Below are positions 19,178 through 28,593 of a stretch of DNA of 64,000 nt, one piece after another. The notes under the pieces are model-generated. The model was not told the origin of the DNA, made no database searches, and saw only the letters and a program-made list of their open reading frames with translations. The position numbers and the translations under genes are program-made. The first letter of the stretch is position 1; each line of letters begins with the position of its first letter. Origin of the DNA: a bacterium (lineage in GTDB: Bacteria; Patescibacteriota; Patescibacteriia; Patescibacteriales; UBA12465); NCBI GenBank assembly GCA_021806615.1, contig JAJZRB010000001.1, positions 79,024 through 143,023 on the forward strand, given 5' to 3'.

Positions 19178-19555
19178 ATGCTAGATAAAAAGACCAAAGA
19201 AAAAATCATTAAAAAATTTCGCGTCCACGATACCGATACCGGCTCGCCGCAAGTACAGATAGCGATCTTGACCGAAGAGATCAAAGAACTGACCGAACAT
19301 TTGAAGAATCATAAGCATGACTTCTCTTCCCGCCGCGGCTTGTTAAAAAAAGTCAGCGAGAGACGGAAACTATTAAAATTCTTACAGAAAGAAAGCGCCG
19401 AACAATTCAAAGAATTGGCGGATAAGCTTAAATTGAAGATTGCCCAGAAACTGCAGGAAGAGGAAGAGGAAGAAAAGAAAAAGGAGAAAAAGTATATCGA
19501 GACCGAAGAAGACGGCGAAGAAAGCAAGGACGCCGCTAGTGACGAGGAAAAATAA
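19163..19555 (+). CDS. rpsO: 30S ribosomal protein S15 with an acidic/lysine-rich C-terminal extension
   Basis: HDTDTGSPQVQIAILTEEIKELTEHLKNHKHDFSSRRGLLKKVSERRKLL matches S15, followed by a ~40 aa EEEEEEKKKEKK...DEEK tail. The true start may be the second ATG at 19178. Confidence 0.9.
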   Translation: MSAKTMLDKKTKEKIIKKFRVHDTDTGSPQVQIAILTEEIKELTEHLKNHKHDFSSRRGLLKKVSERRKLLKFLQKESAEQFKELADKLKLKIAQKLQEEEEEEKKKEKKYIETEEDGEESKDAASDEEK

Positions 19556-19563
19556 TAATCATT

Positions 19564-20064
19564 ATGATAAAACACAAGGAACAACGAGTAGGAATTTTGG
19601 TTGATGTTTCCAACATGTACCATTCTGCCAAGAATCTATACAACAAAAAAACCAATTTCAAGGAGATTTTAACTAAAGCAGTGGCCGGCCGGAAGTTGAT
19701 CCGGGCCACTGCTTATGCTATCCGGACAGAGAACAAGGAAGAATCACCTTTCATAGAAGCTCTGGAACAACAAGGCTTCGAAGTCAAGATGAAAGATCTC
19801 CAGATCTTTGCCGGCGGAGCGAAAAAGGCCGACTGGGATGTCGGTATCGCCATTGACGCCATCAAGCTGGCTGACAAGTTAGACGTCTTGGTGATCGTAT
19901 CCGGCGACGGCGACTATTTGCCGCTAGTTTCCTACCTGCAGAATAATAAAGGCTGCTTAGTAGAAATAATGGCCTTCAGGAAAACCTGCTCTTCAAAACT
20001 GATCGAGGAGGCAGATGATTTTACCGATCTGGGAAGCAGTAAGAAATTCTTGATTTATAACTAA
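19564..20064 (+). CDS. NYN/LabA-like (PIN-fold) domain protein, probable ribonuclease
   Basis: 166 aa. VGILVDVSNMYHS...LVIVSGDGDYLPLV pattern of NYN (YacP/LabA-like) domains with acidic catalytic residues. Confidence 0.65.
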   Translation: MIKHKEQRVGILVDVSNMYHSAKNLYNKKTNFKEILTKAVAGRKLIRATAYAIRTENKEESPFIEALEQQGFEVKMKDLQIFAGGAKKADWDVGIAIDAIKLADKLDVLVIVSGDGDYLPLVSYLQNNKGCLVEIMAFRKTCSSKLIEEADDFTDLGSSKKFLIYN

Positions 20065-20104
20065 TTAAAATAAAGCCGATAAACGGCTATTAAGAACTAA
20101 ACGC

Positions 20105-20166
20105 TTCTGTCCGTTAAATAGATAGCGCTGTATTATACATACAGTTCTGTAATTTAACGGCCAGAG
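20105..20166 (+). promoter_or_regulatory. pnp 5' leader long hairpin (candidate RNase processing/autoregulation site)
   Basis: Perfect 9-bp inverted repeat CCGTTAAAT (20111-20119) / ATTTAACGG (20152-20160), extended by CTGTCCG/CGGCCAG, with a 32-nt interior; lies 10 nt upstream of the pnp ATG. Confidence 0.4.
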
Positions 20167-20176
20167 CAACGAAATT

Positions 20177-22471
20177 ATGGAAAAAGTATTCAGTGGAGAG
20201 TGGCTTGGCCGTCCTCTCACTATTAAAACTGGTAAAGTGGCCAAACAAGCCGATGCGGCCGTCTGGGTCCAATACGGCGAAACCGTGGTGCAAGCCACCG
20301 TGGTTCAGGCTAGGACCGAACGCCTCGGGATAGATTTCTTCCCGCTCATGGTAGACTTTGAGGAAAAACTCTATGCCGCCGGGATTATCAAGGGTTCCCG
20401 CTGGATTAAGCGGGAGGGCAGACCGACCGATCTGTCTGTCTTGACCGGCCGGATGATCGACAGATCCATCCGTCCTTTATTCGCCGAGGGCGATAACCGC
20501 GACGTACAGGTCATCATCACGGTTTTAGCCGTTGACCAAGAGAACGATTACGATATCGTCTCCCTTCTAGCCGCTTCGGCCGCCCTGGCTATCTCCGGCC
20601 TGAATTGGAATGGACCCATTGGCGGCGTCCGAGTCGGCCTGATAGAAGATAAATTCGTTTTTAACCCGACTTATGAAGAACAGGCGAAGAGTTCCTTGGA
20701 TTTGATCGTCGCTGGCACTGCCAAAAAAGTTATTATGATCGAAGCGGGCGCGAATGAAATACCAGAAGCGATTATGCTGAAAGCCATCATGGCTGGCCAG
20801 GAAAAATTGCAGGTGGCCATAGAACTGATCAACGAATTAAAAAAAAACATCACGCCGAAACTGGATCCGTCCTCTTCTAAAAAACCGGAAACGGCCGAGG
20901 AACAGGAAGAAGAAAAAAAACAAGCGGAATTGCTGAAACTAGGCCAAGACTGGCTGAAAGAGAATGTCAATAAAATCTTATTCGATAAAGCCTACTATAC
21001 GAAGGGGGAGCGCAAATTAGCGGTTACCGCCATCAAGGATAAGCTCAATGAATATCTGACGACGCAAGGAGTAGACAGCGATAAGCGCTATCATATCGTC
21101 AAAAAAATCGTGGACAAAGCCATCGACGCGGAAATAACCAGAGCAATTACCGAAGAAAAGAAACGCGTAGACGGAAGAGCGTTGGATGAGATACGCCCCT
21201 TATCCGCTGAAGTGGCTGTCTTGCCGCGCGACCACGGTACGGCGCTTTTCTCCCGCGGCGAAACTCAAGTCATGTCCATCGTGACTTTAGGAGCGCCTGG
21301 CCTGGAACAATCCCTAGAGGGCTTAGAGGGCCAAAGCAAGAAACGTTACATGCATCATTATAATTTTCCACCTTATTCTGTCGGCGAAGTCTCTCCGCTC
21401 CGCGGCACTGGCCGTCGCGAAATCGGACATGGCGCTTTGGCTGAAAAAGCCCTGCTCCCCATGGTTCCCAACAAAGATGAATTCCCTTATGCTATCCGCA
21501 TCGTCAGCGAAACCTTAGGTTCTAATGGTTCTTCATCCATGGCTTCAACCTGCGCCTCTACTTTAGCCTTAATGGACGCTGGCGTGCCGATAAAGAAGCC
21601 GGTGGCCGGTATTGCCATGGGTCTCGCATCCAATGCCGATATGAGCCGCTGGGAAGTCTTAACTGATATCCAGGATTTAGAAGACGGCGATGGCGGCATG
21701 GATTTTAAGATAACCGGCACCGCTCAAGGCTTGACGGCTATTCAATTAGACACGAAGACCGACGGATTAACCGAAGAGATAATGGCTAAGACTTTGACGC
21801 AAGGACGGGCCGCTCTGAACCAGATCCTAGAGGTGATCACCGCCGCCATTCCGGCTCCGCGCGCCGAATTATCAAAGTATGCTCCGCGCCTTATAAGCTT
21901 CAATGTTGATCCGGAGAAAATCGGAGCGATCATCGGCCCGGGCGGGAAGATAATCAATAAGATAATCGATGAAACGGGAGTAAGTATCGATATTGAAGAC
22001 AGCGGCCTAGTTGTCGTTTGCGGCACGGACGCCGCCATGGTAGACGAAGCTGTCCGCCAGGTGAAAGCTATCGTCCATGTCTTTGAGCCGGGCGAGATAA
22101 TCAAAGGAAAAGTTGTCCGCTTGCTTGATTTCGGGGCTTTCGTCGCTTTGAACGGCAGCCAGGACGGCATGGTCCACGTCAGCGAGCTCGCTCCCTACCG
22201 GATAGAAAAACCGAGCGACTTCTTGACGGTCGGCGACACGGTAACTGTCAAAATAAAAGAAATAGACGACCAGGGACGCATCAATTTGACCATGAAAGGA
22301 CTGGAAGAAAACGCTGAATTATGGAAAGACGAAAAAGGCAAGTCAAACGGGACTTCTTTCGGCTCTTCCTTCGGCGGGGGACGACCCGGCTTCGGTTCCC
22401 GAGGCCAAGGAGGCGACCGCCGCGGCGGTCCTAGCCGCCCCAGCCGTTTCAGCGAACGACGCCGCTCTTAA
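20177..22471 (+). CDS. pnp: Polyribonucleotide nucleotidyltransferase (PNPase) with a C-terminal Gly/Arg-rich tail
   Basis: 764 aa; two RNase PH domains, KH (GPGGKIINKI) and S1; tail is FGGGRPGFGSRGQGGDRRGGPSRPSRF. Confidence 0.9.
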   Translation: MEKVFSGEWLGRPLTIKTGKVAKQADAAVWVQYGETVVQATVVQARTERLGIDFFPLMVDFEEKLYAAGIIKGSRWIKREGRPTDLSVLTGRMIDRSIRPLFAEGDNRDVQVIITVLAVDQENDYDIVSLLAASAALAISGLNWNGPIGGVRVGLIEDKFVFNPTYEEQAKSSLDLIVAGTAKKVIMIEAGANEIPEAIMLKAIMAGQEKLQVAIELINELKKNITPKLDPSSSKKPETAEEQEEEKKQAELLKLGQDWLKENVNKILFDKAYYTKGERKLAVTAIKDKLNEYLTTQGVDSDKRYHIVKKIVDKAIDAEITRAITEEKKRVDGRALDEIRPLSAEVAVLPRDHGTALFSRGETQVMSIVTLGAPGLEQSLEGLEGQSKKRYMHHYNFPPYSVGEVSPLRGTGRREIGHGALAEKALLPMVPNKDEFPYAIRIVSETLGSNGSSSMASTCASTLALMDAGVPIKKPVAGIAMGLASNADMSRWEVLTDIQDLEDGDGGMDFKITGTAQGLTAIQLDTKTDGLTEEIMAKTLTQGRAALNQILEVITAAIPAPRAELSKYAPRLISFNVDPEKIGAIIGPGGKIINKIIDETGVSIDIEDSGLVVVCGTDAAMVDEAVRQVKAIVHVFEPGEIIKGKVVRLLDFGAFVALNGSQDGMVHVSELAPYRIEKPSDFLTVGDTVTVKIKEIDDQGRINLTMKGLEENAELWKDEKGKSNGTSFGSSFGGGRPGFGSRGQGGDRRGGPSRPSRFSERRRS

Positions 22472-22483
22472 TCTTAGCCAATA

Positions 22484-22512
22484 TTGACTTTTATTTAACA
22501 TTCAGATATTAT
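22484..22512 (+). promoter_or_regulatory. Promoter of the rpsP operon
   Basis: TTGACT, 17-nt spacer, TATTAT; about 34 nt upstream of rpsP. Confidence 0.5.
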
Positions 22513-22545
22513 TTCCCCATATAAATATCCTGAAAATAAACAAAT

Positions 22546-22977
22546 ATGCTAGTAATCAAATTAGCCCAAACCGGAAAGACCAATAAAAAAATGTTCCGTC
22601 TTGTAATCTCGGAAAAAAGCCGCGATCCATTTGGAGATGTTTTAGAAATATTAGGTTCTTATAACCCCCACTCCAAGGAGCTAGCCGCTAAAAACGAAAA
22701 GATTAAATTTTGGCTTTCTAAAGGCGCCCAGATGACTCCGACCGTCAATAATCTTCTGATAGATAAAAAAGTTATTGAAGGACAGAAGGCCAAAGCTTCT
22801 AAGCCGGGCAAGCCGAGCGAAAAACGCTTGGCTCAGGCTAAAGCTAAAGCTGATAAAAAAACCACGAAAGAAACGGCGCCAGCGGCAGCCGCGGAAACCC
22901 CGGCGGAAAAACCGGCTGAACCGGCGGTTGAAACAGCCGCGGAAACCCCGGCGGAAGCTAAAACCGAAAACGCTTAA
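22546..22977 (+). CDS. rpsP: 30S ribosomal protein S16 with an Ala/Lys/Glu/Pro-rich C-terminal extension
   Basis: MLVIKLAQTGKTNKKMFRLVISEKSRDPFG...YNPHS core, plus a ~60-aa repetitive tail (ETPAEKPAEP...AETPAEAKTENA) encoded by an imperfect DNA tandem repeat. Confidence 0.85.
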   Translation: MLVIKLAQTGKTNKKMFRLVISEKSRDPFGDVLEILGSYNPHSKELAAKNEKIKFWLSKGAQMTPTVNNLLIDKKVIEGQKAKASKPGKPSEKRLAQAKAKADKKTTKETAPAAAAETPAEKPAEPAVETAAETPAEAKTENA

Positions 22978-22992
22978 TTCATTAGAAAATAT

Positions 22993-23020
22993 TGACAAAT
23001 AGGCGTAAAGTAGTATACTT
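22993..23020 (+). promoter_or_regulatory. Possible internal promoter ahead of the KH-trmD genes
   Basis: TTGACA, 16-nt spacer, TATACT; followed by a short GCTGCT...AGCAGT hairpin. Confidence 0.3.
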
Positions 23021-23112
23021 ATAAACATAAGGCTGCTGATGTAGCAGTTATTTAATAAAATTTCTTTCTACTTTGACCGGAGAGACAAAACCGCTCAAAA
23101 TACGAAGGACGA

Positions 23113-23457
23113 ATGAAAACTATGGTAGAACAAGACAAAGAGTTTTTGGAAATGGTCGTCAAAAGCATCGTTTCAAATCCTAACGATGTGGTCGTAGACC
23201 GAACGATCGATGAAAGAGGCGTCTTATTGACCCTCAAGACTAATCCGGCTGATATGGGTTACGTTATTGGCCGCAAAGGTCAAACCGCCCAATCAATCCG
23301 CACTTTGCTGAAAATTATCGGCGCCAAAAATAACTCTCGCGTCAATTTGAAGATCTATGATCCAGAGGGCGGCAGCCACCGCAGCGAAGGCCATCGTGAA
23401 CATCGCGACAGCCGCGACGACATTGATACTTCCGCTATTGATGATTTAAAAATCTAA
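23113..23457 (+). CDS. KH-domain RNA-binding protein (YlqC/UPF0109 family) with a charged C-terminal tail
   Basis: VIGRKGQTAQSIRTLLK GXXG KH motif; conserved position between rpsP and trmD; tail is RSEGHREHRDSRDD. Confidence 0.75.
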   Translation: MKTMVEQDKEFLEMVVKSIVSNPNDVVVDRTIDERGVLLTLKTNPADMGYVIGRKGQTAQSIRTLLKIIGAKNNSRVNLKIYDPEGGSHRSEGHREHRDSRDDIDTSAIDDLKI

Positions 23458-23475
23458 AATCAAAAAATATTAGAT

Positions 23476-23512
23476 AACAAAAAAGTCCAGTGTCAAAACC
23501 GGACTTTTTTGA
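23476..23512 (+). promoter_or_regulatory. Hairpin plus -10-like element between the KH gene and trmD
   Basis: AAAAAGTCC-12 nt-GGACTTTTTT stem-loop immediately followed by TATAAT (23507-23512). Confidence 0.3.
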
Positions 23513-23526
23513 TATAATAAGAACAT

Positions 23527-24204
23527 ATGCAATTCCATCTCATCAGCATCTTCCCCGATATCTTCTCTTCTTATCTTAATGAGAGCATCTTAAAGCGGGC
23601 GCAAGACAAGAAAATAATCCGTTGCCAGATCCATAATCTGCGCGACTGGACGAACGACAAGCATAAAACCGTAGATGATGCCCCATATAGCGGCGGCGCC
23701 GGAATGCTGATGAAAATAGAACCTCTCTATCGCGCCCTGAGCGATATCAAGGAGTTAAATAAAGAAATAAGGCCGGCGAAAAGAAAAATCGTCCTGCTTT
23801 CCGCGGGGGGTAAAAAATGGAATCAATCTCTCGCCAGACAATATTCTAAATTAGAAGAGCTCATCCTTATTTGCGGCCGCTACGAAGGCGTGGATGCCAG
23901 GATAAAAAAATTCATTGACGCGGAAATCTCTGTCGGAGACTATGTCTTGACCGGCGGCGAGCTGCCGGCCCTGACCTTGATCGACTCTATCGCTCGCCTG
24001 CTCCCCGGCGTCTTGGGAAATAGCGACAGCCTGCTCGAAGAATCGCATGCTCTAGCCGGCATAGCTGAATACCCGCAATATACCCGGCCGGAAATCTTTA
24101 TGGCCGGCGGGAAGAAATATGCGGTACCTAAGGTGCTCCTGTCCGGCGACCACCGGAAAGTGAAAGAGTGGAGGAATAGCCGGCAAAAGAAGATAAAAAA
24201 CTAA
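23527..24204 (+). CDS. trmD: tRNA (guanine37-N1)-methyltransferase
   Basis: MQFHLISIFPDIF start; SPOUT-fold motifs (VLLSAGGKKW, GRYEGVDARI, LTGGELPAL). Confidence 0.9.
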   Translation: MQFHLISIFPDIFSSYLNESILKRAQDKKIIRCQIHNLRDWTNDKHKTVDDAPYSGGAGMLMKIEPLYRALSDIKELNKEIRPAKRKIVLLSAGGKKWNQSLARQYSKLEELILICGRYEGVDARIKKFIDAEISVGDYVLTGGELPALTLIDSIARLLPGVLGNSDSLLEESHALAGIAEYPQYTRPEIFMAGGKKYAVPKVLLSGDHRKVKEWRNSRQKKIKN

Positions 24205-24230
24205 ATACTCCGCACGAAATTTTCCAATAT

Positions 24231-24260
24231 AAAAAATCCCGGTTCGTTGCCGGGATTTTT
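24231..24260. terminator. Bidirectional intrinsic terminator after trmD
   Basis: AATCCCGG-ttcgttg-CCGGGATT flanked by an A-run and a T-run. Confidence 0.6.
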
Positions 24261-24265
24261 GCTAC

Positions 24266-24877
24266 TTAATTCAAAATAGCGTCTTCAAATTTATTTTGAA
24301 GATTAAACATAAGATGTCCGTATTCTTGTTCAGGCAAAATCTGTTCTTGTATGAACAGCCCGATGATAGTCGGGAGGCCGCAAAGTAGATCCCAATTGCC
24401 GACATGGATGGCTAAGTAATCTACCCAGCCCTTGGCAAAAGAAGAAATCTTATCCGTCACCTTGACATCTTCTTCCGCGCGCCATACTTCGATTATTTTA
24501 AACATGACATCATTCGCCACTCTGATGTCAAATCGATTAGTCGCCGGATTATACGTATACTTTTGCGTCGCTTGATCTATCTTACCGCTTTTTATCAGGG
24601 CGATAAAATCATTTTCAGCTTCTTGTTTTTTCTTATACATAGCCTGCACGATTTTTATAAGCTGACGCCGCTTAAGGTTGAATCTGACCCTATTGACGAC
24701 AGCGATTACGAGCGTTGCGAGGACGATGGCGACAACGACACTGCCGATAATCGCGAGCCAAACCATATTAGCCTGGAAGGTGTATTTTGTCGCCTCGGCC
24801 AATGGTTGGCGGAAATAAATGATTAAAACAATGGCCGTCATAGCGACAAGACGCTTAAAGGTTTTGAGAGCGTTCAT
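24266..24877 (-). CDS. Hypothetical membrane protein
   Basis: 203 aa with two N-terminal hydrophobic helices; no recognisable family. Confidence 0.45.
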   Translation of the reverse strand: MNALKTFKRLVAMTAIVLIIYFRQPLAEATKYTFQANMVWLAIIGSVVVAIVLATLVIAVVNRVRFNLKRRQLIKIVQAMYKKKQEAENDFIALIKSGKIDQATQKYTYNPATNRFDIRVANDVMFKIIEVWRAEEDVKVTDKISSFAKGWVDYLAIHVGNWDLLCGLPTIIGLFIQEQILPEQEYGHLMFNLQNKFEDAILN

Positions 24878-24990
24878 GGGATATTTCTCCTATATGTTTT
24901 TGTGGTTGGAAAAGATCTAAATAAAGAAGTTATTAAAAAAATTAATAACTATTTATAGTACAATATTTATTTAAATAAGTCAAGACTAAA

Positions 24991-26010
24991 TTACTGACTA
25001 ATCTTAACGACTTTCCAGCCATTTTCCGTCCTCAACAAATGCCCCTCTATCGTGAACCCAGCGGCTTTCTTATGCCCGCCGCCGCCCCAATTCTGAGCGA
25101 TATGAGCTAAATCAATATCGTCGGCCGTGGTACGCAAACTGCCCTTCACTCGTCCATCCTCTTCCCGTAGCAATAGGGCGACGCTGACGCCGCTCAAGGT
25201 GCTTAAAAAAGAAACGATATCGCCGAAAAGGTCAGCCTCTGCTTTAATATCGGTTGGTGCCAATAATTCCGTCAACTCGTCGGCTGTCAAAGCTGAAAAA
25301 GCTAAACCAGTCGCCGGATCGAGCCTCATATTTTCCAAGGCGCGTCCCCAGACTTTAAGCGCTGGGAAACTCTTATTATTAACGGTGTTCTCGATAATTT
25401 TAGGTAATGAAGCGCCGCGCAGAAGCATTTCCGAAGCGATAGCTAAGGCTTCGCGAGAAGAATTGGCGTGGAGAAAATGCCCGGTATCGGTCATTAGCCC
25501 GATTAAAATACAATTGGCGACGACCTTGCTGACTGCCAGGTTATTCGCTTTTAGAAAATGGTAAATGATTTCTGTGGTGGACGCCTTATCAGATAAGCGT
25601 ATTTCTAAATCAGCATAAGTTTCCTGCGGAGAATGATGATCGAATTCAATGATATATGGCCGACGGCTGATGCGTCCGGCCTGGGCCGCCTGCAAAAGGG
25701 TCCGCAAACGCGCCTCTAAGCCGGTGCGCGAAATAGAGCCGCAATCCAAGATGATAATGGTATCAAAAGCCAATAAATCATCGGGTTCTTCGGTTGATAT
25801 TGAATCTTCATTGGGGATGAAGGAATAAGCGCCGACCATTTTTTTGGCGGCATAAGCATAGGTGCTCAGTCCTAAGGAGGAACTGATTTCCAAAATAGCG
25901 CCGATGGACGCTAAGGCGTCAGCATCAGGCGATGTATGCCCGATGATCAGGATACGCGCCCCTGATCTTATCTTAAAATAGGCTAATTGTAATTTTTCGG
26001 TTAAATTCAT
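24991..26010 (-). CDS. nrnA: DHH/DHHA1 phosphoesterase (NrnA-like oligoribonuclease/pAp phosphatase)
   Basis: ILIIGHTSPDADALAS, FDHHS and NWGGGGHKKAAGF (DHHA1 GGGH) motifs. Confidence 0.75.
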   Translation of the reverse strand: MNLTEKLQLAYFKIRSGARILIIGHTSPDADALASIGAILEISSSLGLSTYAYAAKKMVGAYSFIPNEDSISTEEPDDLLAFDTIIILDCGSISRTGLEARLRTLLQAAQAGRISRRPYIIEFDHHSPQETYADLEIRLSDKASTTEIIYHFLKANNLAVSKVVANCILIGLMTDTGHFLHANSSREALAIASEMLLRGASLPKIIENTVNNKSFPALKVWGRALENMRLDPATGLAFSALTADELTELLAPTDIKAEADLFGDIVSFLSTLSGVSVALLLREEDGRVKGSLRTTADDIDLAHIAQNWGGGGHKKAAGFTIEGHLLRTENGWKVVKISQ

Positions 26011-26106
26011 AACTGACCATTCTATAACAGGCTAATAAAAAAGTCCAGACGGCGAAGAGCCGGCCGGACTGGATGAAATTTTTACCTTCAGTCTTAAATT
26101 TGTCTA

Positions 26107-26454
26107 TTATTCCGAGTCAGTCTGGCCTATTCCGGCGATCAATTTCTCAATCTTATCAGCTTCCCTTTCCGTCGCATCAAACTCCCAGATGAGATGCGGC
26201 AATTTACGTAATTTTATCCGCGAACGGAGCAGGCTGACTAGCAGTCCGGTAGAGGCTGTCAATTTCCTTAGTACGGTGCCGGCAAACTTGTCCGGCAGGA
26301 CAGAAAAACCGACTTTAGCCTGCTTTAGATCAGCGCTGCATTCCACGTAGGTAATCGTGATAAGAGTATTAGGCAGGGCTACTTCACGATTGACAATCCG
26401 TGCCAGCTCTTCTAATAGTAGTTCATTAATTCGCGGGATCTTTGACATATACAT
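26107..26454 (-). CDS. rbfA: Ribosome-binding factor A
   Basis: 115-aa KH-like protein with RINELLLEELARIV; conserved position downstream of infB. Confidence 0.8.
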   Translation of the reverse strand: MYMSKIPRINELLLEELARIVNREVALPNTLITITYVECSADLKQAKVGFSVLPDKFAGTVLRKLTASTGLLVSLLRSRIKLRKLPHLIWEFDATEREADKIEKLIAGIGQTDSE

Positions 26455-26482
26455 AAATCCCCGCGAATAGCGGGGATGAAAA

Positions 26483-28456
26483 TTAAATCTTATTCACTAC
26501 CCTTTCTTCCTGATAGACCTGGAGAATGTCGCCGACAGCGATAAGAGGCTTCCCTTCATACTTCAGGCCGGCCTCGATATCCTTATCCACCAATTCTACA
26601 TCTTGCTTGCCAGACTGAAGACGGGTCAACCGGCCGGAAACGATAAAGTCGTCGCCGCGCTTTACATCAATTAAGCTATTATTCTTGATGACTCCGTCTA
26701 AGACCTTGCCGCCTACTATCTGGCTAGTATTTTCCGTTCGGAATACTGCCAATACCTTCAAGCGGCCGAGCTCGATCCGATTTATTTCCGGCTTGACTAG
26801 CAGTTGCATCTCATCTTTAACAAACTTGATCAAATCGTAAATCACGGAAAATATTTTAACCGTCACCTGTTTTTCCCGGACTAAGATCTCAATGGCCGGG
26901 GACATCCGGACATTGAAACCGAGTATTTTGGCGCCGGAATCTTCGGCCCGCTTAACATCGCCCTCGGTAATATAGCCCAAACCCTTGCTGATGACTTTAG
27001 TCTTTACTTTCTCATTATTCAGTTTAAGCAACGACTCTTCAATCGCCTCTGCCGATCCTAAGAAGTCGGCTTTGATAATGACATTTATTTTCGGCGTCTT
27101 ATCCTCCGAGTTATCGTCGCTCGCCGCCGGAATGACGGCCGCTTGGCCGGCGCTAGCTTTAATCTTTTTAGTTCTGACTTTTTCGCCTTCGCCGACAGTC
27201 AAGATATCGCCGACCGCCGGAGAAATTTTCAATCCTAATATTTTTACCGGCATAGATGGACCGGCTTCTTTAACTTCCTCCCCCTTATAATTACGCAGGG
27301 ACTTTACTTTGCCATAAATGATGTCATTAAAGCATAGCTGGTCGCCGAGGCGCAAAGTGCCGTTCTGGACCAGGATGGTAGCCAAGGGACCGGCCGCTTT
27401 ATCTATGTTTGATTCTACGACTGTTCCGGCGGCTGAAGCGTCGGGATTGGCTTGCAAGGCGGCGCCCTCGGTATCCGCCACCAATAGGACCATATCTAAC
27501 AATTCTTCGATGCCGGTTCCCTCTTTAGCCGAAATAGGCGCGCAAATAGTCTTCCCGCCCCAGTCTTCCGGAGTAATATTCAACTGAGTAGCTAATTCCT
27601 GCTTGGTCCGATTAAGATCAGCCGCGGGTTTATCAATTTTATTTATTGCCACTAGATAAGGGATTTTCGCCGCCTCAATGATCCTAAAGGCCTCGATAGT
27701 CTGCGGCTTGACCCCGTCATCGGCGGCCACGACCAAAATAGCGATGTCAGCGACCTTCGCTCCGCGGCTACGCATAGCAGTAAAGGCCTCATGGCCAGGA
27801 GTATCAATGAAAGTTATTGCTCGTCCCTTGCGGACGATTTGGTAAGCGCCGATGTGCTGGGTAATGCCCCCCGCCTCTCCGGCGATGACATTAGTCTGAC
27901 GTATAGAATCTAACAATTTAGTCTTGCCATGATCGACGTGGCCCATGACGACGATGACCGGCGGACGTTCTTTCAGGCTCTCAGCGGTCTCACCGGCTAA
28001 AATCGTGGCTAATTTTTTATCTTCTTTTCTGTCTTCATCTAATTTGACTTCAGCGGCTTTAACTTCCAAATTTAGATTTTCTCCGATAATGGAGGCCGTA
28101 TCGAAATCGATCTTTTCATTAATCGAGGTAAAAACACCGTTTTTCATGAGTTCGGCTAAAACGCGGTTGACCGGGATACCTGCTAACTCCGCATAAGCGC
28201 GGACCGTTATTACTTGGGGTACCGCGATCGTCTTCTTTTCTTTCGGCAGGACTTCGTCCTGTTTTTTTATCTCCGCTTCCCGCTTCTGTTGCTCCCATTC
28301 ACGGCGCAAAAATGGCCAATCCTTAATGATCTTTTTGGCCGTATTATTGTCTACTTTGATGGCCTTCTGGCCTATAGCAAAACCAAGCTGGGGCAGCATG
28401 TCACGCAGCTCTTGCGGCGAAATTCTTAATATTCTGGCTAGTTCAGTTATGTTCAT
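26483..28456 (-). CDS. infB: Translation initiation factor IF-2
   Basis: [13 protein letters not shown]1 and DTPGHEAF G3 motifs; 657 aa with a short N-terminal region. Confidence 0.9.
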   Translation of the reverse strand: MNITELARILRISPQELRDMLPQLGFAIGQKAIKVDNNTAKKIIKDWPFLRREWEQQKREAEIKKQDEVLPKEKKTIAVPQVITVRAYAELAGIPVNRVLAELMKNGVFTSINEKIDFDTASIIGENLNLEVKAAEVKLDEDRKEDKKLATILAGETAESLKERPPVIVVMGHVDHGKTKLLDSIRQTNVIAGEAGGITQHIGAYQIVRKGRAITFIDTPGHEAFTAMRSRGAKVADIAILVVAADDGVKPQTIEAFRIIEAAKIPYLVAINKIDKPAADLNRTKQELATQLNITPEDWGGKTICAPISAKEGTGIEELLDMVLLVADTEGAALQANPDASAAGTVVESNIDKAAGPLATILVQNGTLRLGDQLCFNDIIYGKVKSLRNYKGEEVKEAGPSMPVKILGLKISPAVGDILTVGEGEKVRTKKIKASAGQAAVIPAASDDNSEDKTPKINVIIKADFLGSAEAIEESLLKLNNEKVKTKVISKGLGYITEGDVKRAEDSGAKILGFNVRMSPAIEILVREKQVTVKIFSVIYDLIKFVKDEMQLLVKPEINRIELGRLKVLAVFRTENTSQIVGGKVLDGVIKNNSLIDVKRGDDFIVSGRLTRLQSGKQDVELVDKDIEAGLKYEGKPLIAVGDILQVYQEERVVNKI

Positions 28457-28593
28457 ATTTGATAATATTACTTCATTTTTCGGCTTTAGTCAACGCTATT
28501 GCTATTTTTGTCAAATCATAGTATTGTATATTGTTAATCTTGTCCTTAAAAAAATTTAAAACAACAAAATCAATAAATCAGAAGAGGTCCATT

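Noticed and set aside
22775-23002. 75-aa extremely basic alternative-frame ORF (KKPRKKRRQRQPRKPRRKNR...) inside the rpsP tail
   Set aside because: It is produced by the repetitive GC-rich tail-coding DNA read in the +1 frame and overlaps S16 on the same strand; an artefact.
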